From Thelocarpon superellum (Eukaryota), in the NCBI GenBank assembly GCA_026025795.1, contig JAPEUG010000054.1:1-64000 (forward strand): a DNA stretch of 64,000 nt. Reading direction: 5' to 3'. Made by a program: the position numbers and the translations under genes. Positions 1 to 13,100 of this stretch are shown piece by piece (the first letter of the stretch is position 1; each line of letters opens with the position of its first letter). Below the pieces are notes generated by a model. It searched no databases, was not told the DNA's origin, and saw only the letters and a list, made by a program, of their open reading frames with translations.

Positions 1-1210
1 AGGCACTTGCCTCTACTGATGAACAACTTCATCATTGAAGGGCCGAACGGATCTCACCTGTGCGTTGTGCTGCCGCCCATGAGACCGGATCTACATGCAC
101 TCAAAAGCTTGAAGACAGTGGGATCAAGTAGAGAGAGCAAACGCTACCTTTTTCCTATTTCAATGTCGAAAAGAATATCTAGGCAGTCATTGCTTGCTTT
201 GGATTGCCTGCATCGCAACGATACTCTTCATGGCGGTTCGTGGTACCATTTTCGAATGTTGGCGTGTTTGAAACTAAGGAGACGACTTAGATCTGTATCC
301 TGGAAACGTCCTGTTATTCCCTGATCTAGATCACGTCGATCCAGCCAGAATCGAGATAGCCAATCTTACCTCGGGCTCGCTGAGCTCACCCGGAGATGTG
401 AATGGATCCTTGCCGGACTATGTGCTCCCTGGCGACTCCCTTCGAGAGTTTGTCTTCTAGACTCGGACGTCGAGAATGGACTCTCGGACATGGGCGCAGG
501 TGAGAGCTATGAAGGAAGGATTTACGAAGCCAGCTCCAGCGAACCACTCGACAGCGTTTTCTCTTTCCAGCCCTCCAGAATTTCCCATCACTTGTCGGCC
601 TTACCGGGCGCCCGAACTCGTGCTCCGTTTGGAGTGGGATGCAAGCGTTGATTTTTGGAGCTTCGGTTGTGTCGTAGGTTGCTCAAACCCGGCTCGATCT
701 AAGGATGAAGAAGCCGATGGCCTTTTCGAAAGCTCTATGAGCTTGTTACAGGTCATGACATATTCCAGACACATGTTCATGACCGATGAAGATCAAATGT
801 CAATGGTAGAAGACATCATTGAAGACTACCCTTCCATCTGGCCCGGAAGAGAGAAATATGTTCAAGATGATGGTACGTTGAGCATTTTGACTTTCACGTA
901 TACGGCACAAGTACATTACATGTTTGATGAACACAAATCAGGTACGCGAGTTGATGATGACGGTCTTTGCGCTGAACCGGACGATTCATTCGAAGATCGC
1001 CTTGCGAAGGAGAAGTCAGATGACATGTCGGATGACATGTCGCATGAAGATGCGAAAGATCTTCTCTCGGTTCTACGCGCCGTCTTGGTGTACGATTCCA
1101 AAAAGCGACCTACGGCGTCTGTGAGGGATGTGAAGACCCGTAGGGTCACGTGGCATCCACGTGACCCTGCAACATCCACATATATGTTGCGCAGTGGGAA
1201 CACAGTGTAG
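1..1210 (+). pseudogene. SRPK/Sky1-like protein kinase, probably a pseudogene (5' part outside the window)
   Basis: Kinase motifs: 'FIIEGPNGSHLCVVL', 'LHG|DLYPGNVLL' after splicing intron 236-290, 'LSDMGA' (DFG-equivalent), 'YRAPEL...DFWSFGC', 'YDSKKRPTA'. The spliced frame hits TAG at 458-460 and the LSDMGA motif lies in a different frame. Confidence 0.7.
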
Positions 1211-2226
1211 ATAGTCTTAAGGCTAGCTATTAAACCTCTGCTTGGGTCTTCCCATACTAATTACATGGGAACCGACAAAGTGGCATTTCCCGTTCTGCCT
1301 TCCATGACCAACTGCTGATTATGTCATCTTCCGACAATATAGCAGCCGTAGCTTAGCCTAGCTAGGAGGACAATCAACCAATCTGCTTCTAGAGACAAGA
1401 GGCCACGAGCCTGACAGCGTCTCAACTTCTGCACTTTGACTGATTCCAACGAACATCGCATAGTCGTCAGACCTCCCCATTCCCAAGTCCTGTCTTTCTT
1501 GGACTCAGTGGAACGGCCTGATCAATACTTACCAAACCTGAGTCAAAAAACCGAGAACGTCATGCAAAGTACCGCGTAGAGATACACTCATCTGCTCATT
1601 TGTTGGAACCGATCAAGAAAGATCAGAGGAGGAAGGCTCGACAATCCGGGCAACACCCTGAAAGTTACAATGTCAGTTGTGGCACACGCTCACCTTCCCA
1701 TTTGTGGGGCTGGTGGCACAGAGCGCGTGTCAGAGTCTTGCAGTTACTGGAGTGTGGGTATGTATTAAGTGTCGGAAGACAATCGCCATATACGGGCGGG
1801 CGTCCAATTCTGGCTCCTGCACCCGATTCTGGCTCCTGCGCGCAGGCAAAGATAGGACGAGGGGTCTCGCAAGGTACTGACGCTCTGCCTCTCACGCCTC
1901 CACAGCCGAATGCGGTCCCTAAAAATTGCTGAGATCGACTTACGATGGAAGTCATGGTGCGTGATAAACGCCGCTGGGTGGCAAACCCCGCCCGGATGAC
2001 GGATGTGAATTGCAACGGACGAGGAATCGCTTCTCTGCCATATATAATCCAGGAGCCCCTGCACATAAGAGCGAGCCACGTTCAATCTCAACGGCTTATG
2101 GATGACTGAAGCTTGAAGCTTGAAGCTTGAAACTTTGAATTCATCAGGCCACGTTCTAGAGACCAACAACAACTGACCCCTCACCGTCTCCCACCCATTG
2201 ACTCATTCACTTGTCTCGAACGTACT

Positions 2227-3234
2227 ATGACCGTGTCCAAGCCCACCATTGTCTTCGTTCATGGCGCATGGGGCGGCTCCGCACAATGGGCGACCTTGAT
2301 TTCCATCCTGCAAGCCGCTGGCTCCAAATGCGTCGCCGTCGATCTGCCCTCGTCCGGCGCCGTCCCCGCCCACGCCAACTTCGACCAGGACGTCGAGAAG
2401 GTGCGCGCTACGGTGCTGGCCGTCCTGGACGACGCGGGCGAGGATTGCGTCGTCGTCACGCATTCGTACGGCGGGATGGTGGGCACGCAGGCGCTGCACG
2501 GCCTGGGCAAGGCGACGAGGAGCCACGCGGCTGATGGCAACGGCAACGGCAAAGCCGTGCTACGCCTGCTCTACCTCACCGCTCTCGTTTTCCCCGAGGA
2601 AAGCTCGTACCTGAATTATGAGCGGCCGAACTCGCTGCCGTCGGAAACCGGGCTGGAGATGGATGTGGTGGTGAGCAACGCGCATGTGGTGGTCATATGC
2701 AGATGATGCAATGACGGAGGGAGAAAGCCCACTGACGCTGCCCTCTAGGACGGCAATGCCACGCTTCTTAACGCAGTAGAGTGCTTCTTCAATGATCTAC
2801 CCGCCGAGGAAGCACGGTATTGGAACTCTCAGCTGAAGACTCAATCGATCGCGTTTGTTGTTTCCCTTTCCATTCCACTCTCAACATCCATACTGACACG
2901 AGTTGAACGCACCAGATGTCTAGAATCACCAATCAAGCACGCCGCGTGGCGCGAAATACCAGCCTCGTACCTCTTCTGTGAGAACGACGCCATCATTCCC
3001 CTCGTGATGCAGGAGAAGATGGTGGCGGAGGCGAATGCCGAGCTGCAGCTGCAGCGGGAGCTGGAGCTGGGGGGTGAGGCTCGCAAGAGCGAGAGTGGTG
3101 GCGAGAGAGCGGCGCAGAAGAGAAGCCGGCCGTTTCGGACCGAAACGATCAACGCCGCGCATTTCCCGCAGCTCTCAAAGCCCGCGGAAGTCGCGGAGTT
3201 TGTGCAGAGGCATGTCCGCGTTGCATTGGAGTGA
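2227..3234 (+). CDS. Alpha/beta-hydrolase fold protein (Abhydrolase_6 / methylesterase-like)
   Basis: 'VFVHGAW' oxyanion motif, nucleophile 'HSYGG', acid 'ENDAIIP', His 'AAHFPQLS'. Introns at ~2671-2748 and 2853-2915 restore one continuous frame. Confidence 0.88.
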
Positions 3235-3404
3235 AGAAAAACAATCTTGTTTTGGTCTGAAGAAGGAGTGAGAAGGGACGAGGCGGGATTTATGATGCAA
3301 TTTACGATACATATAACCACGGGGGAAGGAAAAGAATGCCGTGTTCAACAGCGAAGACTCAAGATCTGACAGAACTTACTCCCATCCTGTTGACGTGGCG
3401 CATT

Positions 3405-3479
3405 CACATTTCACATTTCACATTTCACATTTCACATTTCACATTTCACATTTCACATTTCACATTTCACATTTCACAT
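3405..3479. repeat. Heptanucleotide microsatellite (CACATTT)10
   Basis: Ten perfect tandem copies plus a partial copy, read directly from the sequence. Confidence 0.97.
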
Positions 3480-3881
3480 CTCAAATCTCATGCCCCACAT
3501 GATCATTTGTTCTTTCTTCGTTCTCCATCTATTTCTTCTGCGCTGCGTATCTGACTGTCCTTCACACGCTGTGCACACGACCCATCCATCCATCTATCCA
3601 GCCAGCCAAATGCCCACACATGCACGTGAAGGAAAGGTGAAGGGACCTTCGGGTACCCTAGCCGAGGAACAAGGAACAAACGGTCGACGCTCCCTATCCT
3701 CTTGACACTGAGGAAGCCATGCACTGCGAGGCAACGGGATGAAGACGAACACAAAATTGTGCGCACACATCTCTCATGTGAGTGTGAGGTCCATCGTGAT
3801 GCCTCCTTCGGGTCCGGTCGCTAAAAGACAATGGTGGCAGACAAGAAGCGGCGGCAAGAGCAAGCAGATCGACAGCCCACG

Positions 3882-6800
3882 TCACTGTTTCCATTTGGCC
3901 AATTGCTCCATTATGCTTTGCACTTGCTGTGCTGGCTGGGGCTGGGTGGCTTGTGACGGGCCTTGTGGTTGGTGAGGTTGATGCTGCTGGAGTTGATGCG
4001 AGTGTGGCGCTTGATGGGGCGGTGCAGGGAGATTTGCTTGCTGCGGTGGCATTTGTCCATGGCTTCCCGCTCCTGCAAATAACGAGGATAATCCCGCGGT
4101 GCTGCTGAACGCGAGATTGGATGTCAGAGACGCATAGGGATTTGGGGCTTGCTGTTGCAGAGGTGTTTGTTGTGGTGGAAGAGGCACCCCCTGGCGAGGT
4201 AGATTGGCCACACCACCAAGAAGGCGAGCCAGGTCAGGAGGGAGAGCGGCCGGGTTGGAGGGATGGGCTGCAGCTTGAGCTACATGCGCATGTTGTTGAG
4301 ATTGTGCCGCGCCAGGGCCCTGTTGCTGCAAGGCTCCCAGCAACTTCTGAAGGGTAGGCCCGTCTAGCGCTGTGATAAGATTGGCAATGTTGGGTGCGGT
4401 AGCAGCTGAGGGAGCTCGCTCAAGAGAATTTGGTCCGACCGGCGCGGCAGGCTGCGACGGTGCGGCAAAGGTCGGACCATACTGCGAAGAATGGAATGGC
4501 GGCGCCGTGGTCCCATACGGATTCAGACTCGGCGCGCCGTGCGTCTGCTTTGCTCGCACCACCAGCTCCGCAGCGATGTGAGGCTCGAGATCCTCGTATT
4601 CTACCAAATCGTCAGTCCTGTGTTCTGGCTCAAGCCCGTGGACACATACCTTCAAATCGAACATTATCCACGCCCCCTCGTCGGTCAAACACTTGCAGCG
4701 GTATCTTGACGCTCATTTGAGATTCTCTCGTGAGCCTCGACACCGCTTGCACTCCTTCCAAGATCTGTCGGCGGATGACTGCTCCAAGCGGCAAGCGAGG
4801 GTTGAGAAAAAGGACGTCTGTTTGGATGCCTCGGTCACGAAACGTCTTGTCGACAAACGAGACAAAGGCACGATCAAGCTCGTCCATGACGATGAACTGC
4901 GTTTCCGGAATATCTCGAGCTGCCCGTCGTGGCAATGGCAGATTTGCATCCTCATCCTGTTCTCGCGTGGGAGGCGTCCGACTTCGGTATCGCCCGCCAC
5001 GGCTGTACGGTGATCGTGATCGGCTTCGTCGCTCGTACCGATCTCGTTCTCGATTCCGCTCCCTCCCACCACGATACTCGTCGCGACCGCGATATCCTCG
5101 TGGTGACGGGGATCGCGGGGGCCGATAGTCATCTCGCCCGCGGGCTGGCTCGGCAAAGCCACGGTCTCGTCCACTCCGCTTATCAAAGGCGCGGTCGGTC
5201 CGATCACCTCCAAAGCGGCCCGACGGCCCAGCACCGGCCCGTGGCGAGCCTGTGCTGGTGCCGGCGCCGCGGGAGTAGTCGGGAGACCGCGAACGGCGAC
5301 TGACACCGGCCCGTGCGCCTCCTCCTTCCGCGTGGCTCGCGTTGCGCGTGTTCTTCTGTGGCTTCGAGATTTCAAGATCTATACGGCATTCGTTAGCTCC
5401 GTCCTCAATGCAGATGTGCGATATCTAGCACTAACGCATCTTGCGACCGCGGATCGTCTGCCCTTGCTCGGCTACAAGGGCACGATGACAGGCGCTCGCA
5501 TCCAGAAATTGTATGAAGCCATACGCCTGTTTGATCGAGACCTGCGCCAGCTTTCCGTGCTTGTAGAATACCTGAAAGAGATCGCGTTTGGTCACCTTCT
5601 CCGTCGGTAGATTTCCTATCAACGCCGTTAATCGCCCCTTCTCAACCGCGACATAGTGTGATGGCACGCGCACGCGCACATGCGCACATGCACACGCGTC
5701 AACAGAGGTGAATGCGCTTACCGATGAAAAGTCTCGAGTTGGGTGGAAAGCGATCCCACTGTCCGTCACTGACATACACTCGCTCTTCTTGTAGGAAGTC
5801 ATCATAAATTCTCTGAATCTCCGGGCCCCACGTCTCTAGACCGTCATCATCCTCGGCCGAGGCAGTGGCTTGTGCATTCTTCCCGTCCCCCTTGTCGGAA
5901 GGGGCAATGCTAGGAGAAGAACCGGCCGGCACCGCGGACAAGGAAGAGGCCAGCGGCTGCTGAAAGGTGGCCACAGGAGGTGGCGGTAAGCTCGCCCCGA
6001 GCTGATTGGTCGTACCGGGGGCCCCTGTAGAAAGTGCCGGGGTCAAACCTCCAGGCGCTGGGGCACGCAGCGCAGCAGGTGCGGAGGGAGCATTGCTAGG
6101 AGGTCCTGCGGGACTCTGGGGACGACCGGGGTACGAAGGGAGGTCATTTTGTGCAAGGAGGCCGGGATGGAGCGAGGATTTCTCTGAAGGTGGTGGGCGC
6201 GGCGGAAGCGGGGCAAGAGTAGGAAAGCTCTTTGTGGGTGATGTTGAGCCTCTGGCTTGGGCTCCGCCGTTGGCAGTGGCCAGAGATGACGTAGTCGCCG
6301 CCGTCAGGCCGCCCGCCGTTGGCAGGATGGCAGTCGTAGGGGAAAGCGACTCCAGAAGCGCTTCAATGTTCACCCCCTGCTTTGCTACGCCGGAAGAATC
6401 GGCAAGGGCTATCCCGCTGAGATTCGTCTCACTGGGCGGGTGGGTGGATCCAACAACTGGCGGCGAAACCTCGAGAGAGTCACGGAGATGTGCAATCGGT
6501 GTGGCAAGGTCCGGGGGGATATGGACGACACCGGTGGCGTTCGCGGAATCTCCCAGATGATGGGTCACGTCGGGTGCCGTGAGCGTGTGGATTGGGGTGG
6601 GAGAAACATCATCCTGACCATAGACAGGGACCGAGGGATCGCCTGGCAGTCCGGGGGGAGCAGGAATCGTGGCATAGCCGACCTCGGCCGCGACTTCCTC
6701 GTCATCATCGAGGTCCAATGACATGGCGTAGTCATCGTTCAAATTCTCGTCGCCTACCTTAGCGGGCACAGCATGCTCACCATCGGGCCGAGAGGTCGTA

Positions 6801-7051
6801 TTCTCATACGTTGAGGATACAGACGAGGTCTCACCGGGCGGAGGGATGACGGCGTCGGGGATGGGGAGGATGGGAGGGGCCGTGGTCTCCGGGCCAGAAG
6901 GCAAATGGGTTGCGGTATTGTTGAACGTCTGGTCCATCTGTTTCTCCAACACCGGGATGGAAGAGGGGTCCGGAACGTAGCGTGGTCGCGGGGAAACAGG
7001 CGTTAACGTCTTCCCCCGAAATTCCGGTTCGGGAGACGGAGTGAAAGTCAT
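3882..7051 (-). CDS. NAB3: Nab3-like nuclear RNA-binding protein (RRM, RS/RD-rich region, NCOA5-like domain, Q/P-rich tail)
   Basis: RRM split by introns: 'SRLFIG|NLPTEKVTKRDLFQVFYKHGKLAQVSIKQAYGFIQF'. Followed by RSRSP repeats, 'QFIVMDELDRAFVSFVDKTF...AVIRRQILEGVQAV' and C-terminal 'VQSIMEQLAKWKQ'. Introns at ~5721-5611, 5435-5381 and 4649-4600. Confidence 0.75.
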
Positions 7052-7079
7052 CTATGCAACGCGGTTGGGATGGCGATGT

Positions 7080-7147
7080 GGCAGATGACAGATGGCAGAT
7101 GGCAGATGGCAGATGGCAGATGGCAGATGGCAGATGGCAGATGGCAA
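7080..7147. repeat. Heptanucleotide microsatellite (GGCAGAT)9 in the probable 5' UTR of the NAB3-like gene
   Basis: Nine tandem copies (one variant, GACAGAT) plus a partial copy, starting about 30 nt upstream of the minus-strand ATG at 7051. Confidence 0.95.
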
Positions 7148-7648
7148 AAGGGTTGGAGAAGGGAGGGTTTTGACCTCGGATCATCTACAAAGCAGAGGGA
7201 GAGCCTGTCTATAAACTCGAGGGGAGAGTTGGGCACATCCAATAATCGAGATGACACTGGAGCTGCACCACTACCATCGAACGACCACCGATCAGAAAGG
7301 TCACGGAGGGGAGAACCACGGGCTTAGGCACATGGTGATTTGTCTGAAGACTCTTGTTGAAGACAGGAGTTCGTGTTGGGTCAAGTATGGACCGCGAGGC
7401 TCTCGGCCCGAACGCGAGTGATGGACCCTGACGAAGTGAGGTGGCATGAAAATGTGAAAATCGGTAGGCCCTCGGGCGGTGCACGTCACAAGGCACCCGC
7501 CAGCCGACGCTAAACTGAGCGCGGTAGAACTCCCCAGTTCAACGTCTGATTATGTCATATCTTCCACGTTCAACCGAGAGCCTCCATGTCGCTTCACGCA
7601 AGATCATAGCTGCCACAGCTTTCACGAGATAGCCCAGCTTGGTCGGCC

Positions 7649-8389
7649 ATGTTCCCATATCATACAACCGGCTCAAGGATACTGCAACATGCACAGCCTG
7701 GGAGCGCTTTGCTGGCTCGTACGTGGCCTCGTCGGGCCTTAGCTTCAGGCTCGAAGGCAGATGAGGCAGAGATAGAGGTCGCCCGGAGATGGCTGAGCGA
7801 CTTCAGTTCCCAGTCGATCCCAAGACATCTTTGTGACGTCTCCTTCAGTAGATCGTCCGGTCCCGGTGGGCAGAATGTCAACAAGTACGCAGGAGACGTA
7901 GCCCTCCGTTCCCATCTTGACCCCCTCGTCACTACCTACTGCGGTCCAGGCTTACGCTGTACCATGGTCAAAGGGTCAATTCCAAAGCCACGTTACGCAT
8001 TGCCATGGCCTCCTTGCAACCCTTGGTCCCCTGCCTACTCCACCGATCTATTCGCGAGTCTCGTTTCCACGCCAGTAATGCAGACGCCATCGTCATCCAG
8101 TCGGACGGAAGTCGAAAACAGGCCGAGAATGTGACAGAATGCTTTCGGAAGCTCCACCAAATGCTCGTCGAGGTCGGCCGAAGCGTGGTTCCCGGGGAGA
8201 CTTCCCAAGAGCAGCGAGAGAGGGTCGCAAAGCTGTCAGTCAATGATGCTCTGGGGCATGGCTGATGGAGTACTGATCGCAGATTGGGACATTAGGCAGC
8301 GAGAAGAGAATGCCGCTCGGCTTCGTGCGAAGAAAAGCCGTAGTAGCAAGAAAGCGGCGCGGAGATCCAGCGGTGGATCGGACGCGTGA
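7649..8389 (+). CDS. PTH4: Mitochondrial peptidyl-tRNA hydrolase / ribosome rescue factor, ICT1/Pth4 type (RF-1 domain)
   Basis: 'FSRSSGPGGQNVNK|VNSKATL' GGQ motif across intron 7885-7973, 'IQSDGSRKQAENVTEC', basic C-terminal tail 'RLRAKKSRSSKKAARR', and an Arg-rich N-terminal presequence. Confidence 0.88.
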
Positions 8390-8426
8390 AGCTGCAAAGC
8401 TTGAGTTCACGTTCTCACGTCGCTAC

Positions 8427-9794
8427 TCAGGGTTCGCCCAAGAGCCCCCCAGCTCCCAACCATGTGAGCAGCCGTTGGGCGTCCGTGTCACGACCCGCGC
8501 TCTTCAATCTTTCGGCCAGACTGGCAACGCCCGGGGGCTCCGCTCCTCGGTCTTGCGGGGTAGTGCCCTGAAGATCGCGAATGGTTGTTCCAAGGACCGA
8601 CGACAAAACCTGCCGGACACCGTGATCCATCCCTTCGATCTGAAGGAGTGCCAACAACCATTCGGAAATGTGGATCACCAGGTCTTCTTTGCGCGCAGCC
8701 TGGTTAAGTGCTGGCTGGAGCCTGTCCACGCATTGTCCAAAAGCTGCAGGAAAATCGGCCGAGGTCTCGGCTACGCCGAGCAAGGGCTGTTGTACTAAGC
8801 ACGTCAAGGTGGACGCCGCTGTGGGAGCGGTGCGGATCATCGATTGCACGACATGCTCCATCACGGTTGAGAAACATGGCACAGCGGGAAATTGGGCGAA
8901 AAGCTCGAAGAAGCGTTGGTGCAGTGCTTCATCAGCCGGAAATTGCGTCACGGCTTGGTCAAAGACGGCGAGAGGTATGGCGCCTGATAGGGCGGGTGCT
9001 TCGGGAAAATGGTCGGGATGTCCGCCCGAAACCAGGCCCTGATCTACTTCTTCGGCGGTGACGTCGGGGAGGGCGAGGAGATCCTCCCCCGGGCTCAATG
9101 AGCTCTCTCGCGCAGTGCGTGCGGGCCGGGCCTTGTCCAGCCCCAGCACCTGGTGACGGGCCACAATCTTGGCGAGGTAGATCATCTCAAGCTTGGCATA
9201 CTCAAGCCACAAGGATCGAGAGGACTTGCAGAATCGGAGACCCCGCAGCATGTAACTTCGTGCGGCCGTCATGTCGGCATCATGCTCGACTGCGTGACGA
9301 GCGGCATAGATCCACAGCTCGGGCTTAGTCGGGTGCATGCGCAACACACTGGTCAAAATCTGGGCGAGCTTCTTGTTGGCGTCCTCCTGGCGCGCGTATT
9401 CGAGGTACTGCACCCAGAGGGCAACATTGCCGTGAAATTTGCGCGTCGCCCGATCCAACACAAAGAAGATGCGGCGTTGACCCGCATGTCGGCTGGCCTT
9501 GATCCCCAGTCGTTTGACCCTTTTTCGTCGCAGCGACTCTAGATTCATCTCATACTCGGCATATCTTGCATAATCCGACGGGTGCGAACCACGGGCGTTG
9601 AGTTTGTGCTCGAAATCCGAACGCCTCTTTGCAATGGAGCTGATTTCGTCCTGCTCGGGCCATCATCAGCCCCGCCATGATTCGTTCAGTCGCGAGTTGC
9701 TTGCCTTGGTGAAAATCTTCTTGCGTTCGTATTCCTGTAGCTCCGGAACAGACTGTTCCAGGTAGAAACGGGCCTTGTCACTCGCGGCGGCCAT
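8427..9794 (-). CDS. UTP6: U3 snoRNA-associated protein 6 (HAT repeats)
   Basis: N-terminus 'MAAASDKARFYLEQSVPELQEYERKKIFTK|DEISSIAKRRSDFEHKL...YAEYEMNLESLRRKR'. HAT repeats 'ALWVQYLEYA', 'ELWIYAA', 'RGLRF...LWLEYAKLE'. Confidence 0.93.
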
Positions 9795-10118
9795 GGTGGA
9801 ATCCTTCCGCCGGACTTTCTCACCACCTCCGTCACAGAATCCGCTGTCGGCAAAATTTCACATTCGGTTGGTGTTGAGATTTGCACAAGCTGTTGGTTCG
9901 GCGACCGTAGAAAATCCACGTCGCGACTGCTAACGGCTTCCACTTTCCCGGGGGAGCTTCGCAGTGGTACGAGTACGAGTACGAGACCTGTCCTGACAGT
10001 CCATGCCGCCGACATTTCTTCACCTCTCCACGCTCTCCCTGGCCCAACGCGAGAAGGCGTCGGCCCGTAGGCGAGTGCTGGTCTGCGCATACCACGCATA
10101 TCATCGGTTTCTGGCACG

Positions 10119-13100
10119 ATGGCTCCACATCTTCGAGAAGGAGAGACTATCGCAACGGTCGGTCCCTCACGCGTCGCGTCTTTGACCTCCTTGATGCTGA
10201 CCGCGTCCTTGCCACAGCTCTCCGGGCGGTGGATCTCCTTGGCACACACCGCCGCTGCCTATGGTAACGTGCCCAATGGACCCGAGAACGCCATCAACTG
10301 ACAGGCTGTAGCGGCCTTTATTGGAGCTTTGATAGTGGGCATGTACGTCTTCCCCATGCAATTGATCCGGTCCCTCCCGGCCATGAGCTGACCCGTCGAC
10401 AGACAGCTCCACTATCACAAGATTGTCGAAAACGAATACTATGTACGAGCTCCCCGGTAGGAAGTTGCTCCTTACTGAACCTGTGGTTACACAGGGTTAT
10501 CCTCAAGAATGGATTCCCTCCGTGTCTGCCACGATTGGCGACCGATTTCCAGAACGATCGGTCTTTCAATTTTTCATCGCCTTAACATCAGGTACGTAGC
10601 TGTGTGTCCGATGGAATGGAGGATCGTGCTGATGCTCGACCAAAGGCCCGAGATTCGCGCTCATCCTCCTCTGGTATATCATGACGGCGCGGCCCAACTC
10701 CACCCTCCCACTGTTCGTTGCCGGCATGGGCATCTTTCGGACCTTGACCTGTGGCGGGTGGACGTACGTGACGTCCACGGATGACCATCATTGGCATGAT
10801 GTATACATGATCTCCTACCTCGTGGCCACACTGCCCTGGAGTCTGGGATGCCTGGCGTTGAGCCCGCCCAATCGTCGGGCGATTCGCTATCGGAAGGTCT
10901 TGGCCGCCGCGTTCTTCGGCAACCTGGTCCCTCTTGTCTACTTCTTTATCCAGCACAAGGTGCACCGAGTGGCCGGAGGTGCGTGCGATAAGCGCATGAC
11001 GCCCCCCCTTCCGTGATTAGCGGCTAATGCGTATGCCGTCGTGACAGCCTACACCATCTACGCCGTCTTTGAGTGGAACGCCGTGCTTCTCGATGTCGCG
11101 TTTGATGCCGTCACGTATCTAGACTTTGACGGATTTGAAGTCATTGTCCGGGATCTTAAGGGAGTCAGCAAAGGGTACGTTCGACGGCTTCCGAAATAGC
11201 TAGATGTATATCACCCCGTCAGCGGAGCCATGCATCTCGTGTGGAATGAGTCTGAGTGTGCCCGTGGCATTGCAGAGCGGCGCGACCAGTCGCCGATGCC
11301 GTCTTGGAAAAGGAGTATGGCAACTGCCTCCATGTCTCGTGCACCGGGGAATAACCGAGGCATAGGAAGGACAAGCCCATCGGACAAACCTTTGGTGGAA
11401 TCTTCTCCTGGGACGATGCGATTGATGCCGCGGCAGATGCTTACACCGGCGTAAGTGATGGCTCGTCTCCTTGGGACATTGGATCGGTATGGCTGACGGC
11501 AGGGAAGTTTGTGTTCTGGTCGATCTTGACCTCTCTAGGCCTGACCATCTGGTGTAAGCCCCCCGGTCCCTGTCTCGCGCGTCAATGACTGATGAAGTAG
11601 ACTTTCCGCTGTGGCACATGGGCATTTCAGGATATGAGGCCTTCGTGATGTCGACTGTCTCGCCCTTTCTATTGGGCGTGCCGGCAATCCGCTCACTGGT
11701 GGTCCGGAACCTTCGGACCGTTCATTTACTGTCACTCTCCGGTCTCGCCGCGTACTTAGTCAAGTCGCCCGAGTACCGGCTGTTTACGGTGGCGTGGGCA
11801 ACGGCGATGACATGCCTCGCCTGGACAGCGACCTGGTATGCCGAGCGATCGCAGCCAGGACGACTCGAGGCCAAGATATCGGGGTGGAGTATCGGTCTGA
11901 TCGCATCGAGCATCGCCAAGTTTGCCTTCTGGACCAACAACCCTGTGTGGCCGATCGTCAATGCCGTGAATGGCGGCTGGAACAAGGTTGGCTTGGCGCT
12001 CGCCGTCCTAGCCGTCCTTCGCTCCACTCGCACCCGACCGGCCGGCGGCCGTGAGATGCCCTTACTGGGCAAAGCCGGGAACGGTGGTTCGTCGACCCTC
12101 GCGGCGTGTGGCCTGGCGGGGCTCTTCTTTGGACTGCATTCGCTGCTGTCGGACTCAAGCACCATGATCCTTTGGGTCTGGGAGGGATACCCGGTCACCG
12201 GACCGCTTGCCTCGCCGCATGGGGCTTACACCATCTTTGCCATGGGTCTGGGCTTGCTCATCGGCCTCTTCTTCGAAGACCTCGCCCGAAGCTGGACCTT
12301 TTATGGCCTCGGCTCGATCGGGGCGGCAGTGCTCACGCTACGAGGAAATTGGTTCGGATTCTCGGGGGCGCTCGTGATGACGGTCTATCTCTTGGCGGTG
12401 ACGCCGACACTGATCGCATCGGCCACTCGACACGCTCCCGCTCGGACGTTTGGCCTCGCCTTTCTCTTTTATAACATCCTCGTGCTCGCGCACGTGTGGG
12501 TGGTCGCGTATGCCTTTGTGCCCGGTGGGCCGGTGATGCGCGAACATACGGACTGGGTGATGACGGCGATGATGCTCGGCGTCGGCGCCGGTATCTTCTC
12601 CGCCACGGCATCGGTGACGTCGCGCGTGACGCATCGCCCGAAGAGCCCTGTGGCGCCAGGACGGAAGCTCCGGTCGTACTACCTCTACGTGCTTCTCGGG
12701 CTGCAGCTTCTGTCCATTTCAGTGGCGTACGTGCGCTTCCCCACGTACGACTACAAGGCCTACCACGAGGATGAGAAGCTCTTGACGGCCGGCATCTGGA
12801 CCATCCACTTTTCCTTGGACAACGACATGTGGTCGTCGGAGCGACGCATGCGGGATGCCATCAAGGAGCTCGAGATCGATGTGATGGGCCTGCTGGAGTC
12901 GGATCTGCAACGGATCATCATGGGCAATCGGGACACGACGCAGTTCTTGGCGGATGATCTGGGTATGTACGTGGATTACGGCCCCGGACCGAACAAGCAT
13001 ACGTGGGGCGCGGCGCTGCTGTCCAAGTTCCCTATCGTCAACTCGACGCATCACCTGCTCCCCTCGCCGGTGGGCGAACTGGCGCCAGCTATCCACGCCA

